Positions 59,081 to 64,000 of a stretch of 64,000 nucleotides of DNA are shown piece by piece. The first letter of the stretch is position 1. Each line of letters opens with the position of its first letter. Below the pieces are notes generated by a model, which worked only from the letters and a program-made list of their open reading frames with translations, had not been told where the DNA came from and ran no database searches. Location of the stretch: contig NW_026867385.1 of assembly GCF_026571515.1 (NCBI RefSeq), forward strand, positions 62,001-126,000, written 5' to 3'. A program made the translations under genes and the position numbers. The stretch comes from Ruditapes philippinarum (taxonomy: Eukaryota).

Positions 59081-62000
59081 CTTTTTTAATTTACAAGGAT
59101 TGTAAATGCTGTTTGCAATGTGTAAATAACTTTTTTTGTTCACTTAACATGATATGATATGACATGATAACTGATATTAGTAACCCAGAGAACATACACT
59201 TGTTTTGTTTGGTTTAACGGCGTACCAACACAATTTAGATCATATGGCACCGAAACAGAAAAGAAGAATTTAGCTAACCTCTGGTGTTACAAAATTAAAG
59301 CAACATCAGGGGTCAAAACCATCACACCTGCTAGAGCTAAGAGATGCATAGACTCCAGTAATTTGAACCCATTTAGTCGCCTCTTTTGAACACACAGGAA
59401 TAAATGGTGGCTGTAATTCTGTGCTTCAACCCCCAACCAAAAGAAGATACCACACAATGAAGGCCGTGACATAGAAGACCGTGAACGTGTTTAACCATGC
59501 AAATGTTTGAATCTATGTCATTATGACTGCCCTTTATATCGAATGTACAGAGCGTCTTTTTTCGTTTTAATTTGATTTTTTTTGCACTCTGAATTTTCGC
59601 ACTAGCAATTAAGCAAATCGCAACAGATGTTTGACGTCAGTGATGACGTTAGATAGGTGAGTTATAGACTGACAAATGATTTTATAAAGATCAAATTAAT
59701 TATTTTTTGGTTGCAACTTCTGGCAACTTGATATCCTAGAATTATATTTTTTCCCAAAGATAGAATATCTTTTTGTTTATTACTTGCGCTATATTTTTAG
59801 ATGAGTGAAATGTTTGCCTCCAATATAGCATTTATAGACACAAAAATCATCTACTGACGTCATTGCAATGATTTTGCTGCGTTCTTCTTGGCAAACTTCT
59901 TTGTAAGCAAGAATTCGGTGTCAATTTTATATATAGCAATACTATATACATGTACATATATAAATTGACTTTACTCTGTCTTATTATATATTTTAATAGT
60001 ATGCGTATTTAAGGGTATTTGTTTTTCTTTCATTGAAATATATTTAAAAGAAATACTTGGTTATATAAAACTGTGCAGCGCCGAAAAATATTTCCCCTTA
60101 AAGTCTTATTCTAAATGAATCCGGATCACCTTGCCGATTACCCATGCTCATCTCGGAATAAACAATGATTAAAACTAGTCCTTACAACGTGACTTTTGAT
60201 GTATACTTAAGCAATGTTTGTAATGCAAAGATATGCACTGAACATCTGGAGGAAAAAAAGGTTTAAAACGAAAGTTAATTGATTGAAAAAAGATGTTTGA
60301 CAATAATTAGAAACAATTAAAACAAAGCATTAACAAAGGATTAAAATAAAATCTTAAATAACTTCAACATATATTCCATTCATAGTTTTGGCTTGTAAAA
60401 ACATAAAAATCAACAATTATTTAATATAATGCACGCCATGCATTGATACCATTTAATCTGGAAAAGGGTGATTGAGTCTGTCATTATGAATAATGAAAAA
60501 TTCCAAAAGTTGACTGTAACAATATACATGTATATCAAAATAAAATAATACAAAGGGTATTTTCAGACAATTACATATCATTTATTTACATGGTCACTTT
60601 TGTATTTTCGATGCAGCTGCATGCCTCCATATGATCCAAATTATTTCAAGAAAATCAAACTTGAGAAAAAGATTTTAAGCAAAGTAAAACGATACAAGTT
60701 CAAGTAATAATTTACATGTTATGTGCGATTAATTACTGATTTAGCAGTCTTTATCGCCATATTTCTACTGCGTGACTAACACAATGGAGGCTACTTTTGC
60801 ATATTTTGACCTCATTGTAAAGTAACCTTAAATGCAGGCAAAGAAAATATTTAATTGGGATGGATTAAATTAAATGGCCTGCAATCCAAGCAGTGTCCAT
60901 TCAATCCTCTCAGAGCAACCATGAATTATAGGAAAATAATTATTTATAAAAACTTTTTTGCAACTGAAAATATTTACGCCAATTTATTAGAGAAACACAC
61001 GTAGTACATCGGCGGCCATGTTTAAAGTTTGTAGAGCTATGTATCTGCTGCAAAAGTATTGGTTGAAGTTTAAAAATGAATATGTATGAAAAAGATATGG
61101 TATCATATTGCTTTAAAAGCGAATAGTGCAAGCACGAAATCATGGCTAAATACTGAAAATAGCGACATAATATTTGGTTCCAGAACATTTTATTCTTTTT
61201 TCCGTACACTATTCACGAGTGTTAAATAACAGACATTGTATATTATAACTTTTTCCGAGAATTCATCATAAGATTATGGAAATAATTTAACTGCTAGCAA
61301 ATTGTATAAGAAATATTTCATTAGATATAGCTTTTACCCTTTAAATTCAAGAATGATTTAATGGCATATAAATGTAAAGCACCATGTAATTAATTTCAAT
61401 AGTTCTGCAAAATCCATATCACAAGCTTTACAAATGTTTTAATATCTCTTGGCAATACATCAGCCCGGGAGAAACATTTTTCGGGGGAAAATTTCATTCA
61501 CAAAGAATCAGCCGTATGACGTCAAGACAAATTTACCCACGCATTGTTGTGGCGACTCTCGTATCGAAAAACGATGTTCATTTTATCTGTTGAACAGTGA
61601 CGAATGTTGCAATGAAATAATGTGTGTGTTTTTTTAACAGTAGGAAACAAATAGGTTGCGCAGATATAACGATTCGGTAATGTTTGTTTTATACTAAAGT
61701 TTGTCATCTAATAGATGAAATTTATTTTGCTTCGACGGATCTCTTTTCTTACTGTGTTTTAAAGAATAAATATGGTTTTCCTATAAGAAAATTTACTTGA
61801 TCATTTAAAAAAAACATTTAAAATCACTTTGTTTAAGAAAGGATGCCTGCTTTTTTTCATTTTCTTAGGCTGGCTTCAAAACACGTGACTTCCTCTTGAA
61901 CTTCCATCTTTAGTTTTGCCCATTGTTTTCTCGTTTAGGGATCATAGTAAGTTTTCACTTGAGAGCATGTACTGCTTTGCATATAATGGCAAAATAGTAC

Positions 62001-64000
62001 TACACATTCCTTAATACACGTATGAACATGCTAGATTGCACACCGTTTTCATAATTATTTTAATATTGAATTCTGCTCAGCGGTGCTGGGGGCGACAACT
62101 AGCATTATACTATGCGGTTAATGAAAGGAACTCAATAAAACTGAGCATGCACTACTTTCATTTGATGAACTTCCTTTACTGACTGTTTGAATTAAATTTT
62201 TAGGATATATTTAAAGTACAAACTGAAGTTGAATAGTTTCATGGCCTTTCTACATCAAACAATATACGTATTATGGTATTACATTTTATAAAACAGAAAA
62301 TGCTGACTGGCAATTATTATTGAGAAGATATTAAGAATGTGAAGATTACCTACTTTTTTTACCCTTATTAAAAGGGCAACGAGGCTGTTTTGGGAAAAGG
62401 GGGAATAGCCCGGTAAAATTTAAAGGAAAAGTAGATGCAGTTTTTCCATGATTTTTTGGGAAAATTTTAAACAAACCCTAACATCGTTTAAAATAGACGC
62501 GATTTCCACCCAAATTTGGTAGCGACAAACAATATTGACCCTATAAGTCCTTTTTGATTAAAGGGTCATAAGATTGCCCCGCATTTTCCCGTTTGCTGTC
62601 GCTAAAAAAAACAAACGAAAAGTTTTCTGATTATTGAAGTTTAGGGGAAAATTTGTAATTTTGAAACTTTTATTTTTTTTCTTATGTAGCATTTAGCAAG
62701 CGCATAAGTTCAGGGAAAACAATTTGTAAACGAAATGCAAAAAATTGCACTTTAATCACGTCCCAAATTTTTAAAAATATTTTTTGACCAAACCCATATT
62801 AAGAATGGTTAATAAAGTGTTTTTGCATTTTTTTAAGTTTTTTCCATTGCTTTTACCTTTAAAGGGGTTTTTTAATTTTTATAAATTTTTTAAAAAAAAT
62901 TGTTTTAAAAAATTTCTTTTAAAATAATAAATTTAAAACTAAAGACCCTTTTTTGGAATCACTGATAACCGATTGCATATGTTTTTTTTGTTACTGTTAC
63001 TTAAGCTTTTAAATTTTACAAACCAAAACCTGTTTAAATTTCTAGTTTGGAACTTGAAAAAAATTTCCCCAAATTCGAATTTCCTTTAAATCACTCATGG
63101 AGCATTAAAAAATAGCTTTTTTCATATTGGCAACATAAAAAAAACCGGGTTTTCATTTGCATGGTTTGCTCTCTATGCTTTTGAAAAGGGGTTACGTTTT
63201 AAAATGCCCCTTTAAATAAACAAAGAATCGTTTTAATAGCCACTGACATAAACTTAACTGCTTATAAAATGGTTAAACTGAGTATCAAATACGACCTAGA
63301 CCCAATTACAGATTTACTTACAACTAAAATGTTTTACCAAACTCGCAGCAAATATGTGCAAAATTCAAATTATCTCCGAAAAAAAAAATTCAAAAAAATT
63401 GTTTTAAGGCAAACCCAGAAAGTTTATCCTGTTTTATTCACCTTTAAGTTTTAAACGCTCTTTTAAATTCCCCAAGAAAAAATTACCAGGGCCGGCCAAA
63501 AATTTAGTTTTTTGCCCTGCAGGGTTTAGCAAGTTTCAAATAAGTCCCAATATGATCAAATATAATAAAAACAAAAAACCCCAATAGCTCCGGTAAAATG
63601 AAGGGAAACGAATGACGTAAATACAGTTTGGGTTGTTGTCTCAGCTTTGAAAAATAACATTAGAATTTGTTTAAAAAAATTCGGCAAAGCTGACTTTCCC
63701 GGGGGGAATTTAGAAAATAAATAATCAATGAAATTTAACATTTTTTAAAAATGTTGTTTGATGAAAAAAAAAGGCTTCAATACAATTAATTTTTTTTTTG
63801 TTTTATTTTTTCATTAGCATTCTTAAGAGTAATTGAACTGTCCCGATAATACAATATTATAACGCCCACAACACAAGCTCTGTTTTAAGTTACAGTTACA
63901 TATTCCCGCAACTTTGAAATTAATTGGGTAAAATTAATATGACTATAGGGCTACATCATTCATACACATGCGTACAATGAATTACCTACTCATATACATG
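59080..64000 (+). repeat. Large tandem segmental repeat, copy 3 (5' part deleted; runs off the window)
   Basis: 59510-60440 matches 48840-49710; 61085-62800 matches 49980-51700; 62820-64000 matches 38115-39320. Confidence 0.88.

Overview
AT-rich eukaryotic genomic DNA. The repeat families look like those of a bivalve mollusc (inference). The left half (1-33 kb) holds a six-exon geminin gene on the minus strand (exons reconstructed by hand with GT-AG sites and consistent phase; KEN box, D-box, coiled coil, acidic tail). It lies head-to-head with a BTB-BACK-Kelch gene (KLHL21/24-like) on the plus strand whose readable CDS is one exon. Introns and flanks are packed with non-autonomous elements: five Helentron-type HINE/pearl-like elements with 146-168 bp internal arrays (one nested in another), two hAT-type derivatives with clear TSDs, a CR1/L2-group LINE fragment, tRNA-SINEs, a fold-back MITE and minisatellites. 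The right half (about 34.6-64 kb) has no convincing gene. It is a roughly three-copy tandem array of an 11-13.6 kb non-coding unit strongly enriched in perfect CRE palindromes, with AP-1, kappaB, CCAAT and MEF2 motifs and one position where two copies carry unrelated sequence between shared flanks. Several blocks show homopolymer inflation typical of uncorrected long-read errors, which corrupts the Kelch C-terminus. All coordinates and alignments were read by eye and no database search was run.
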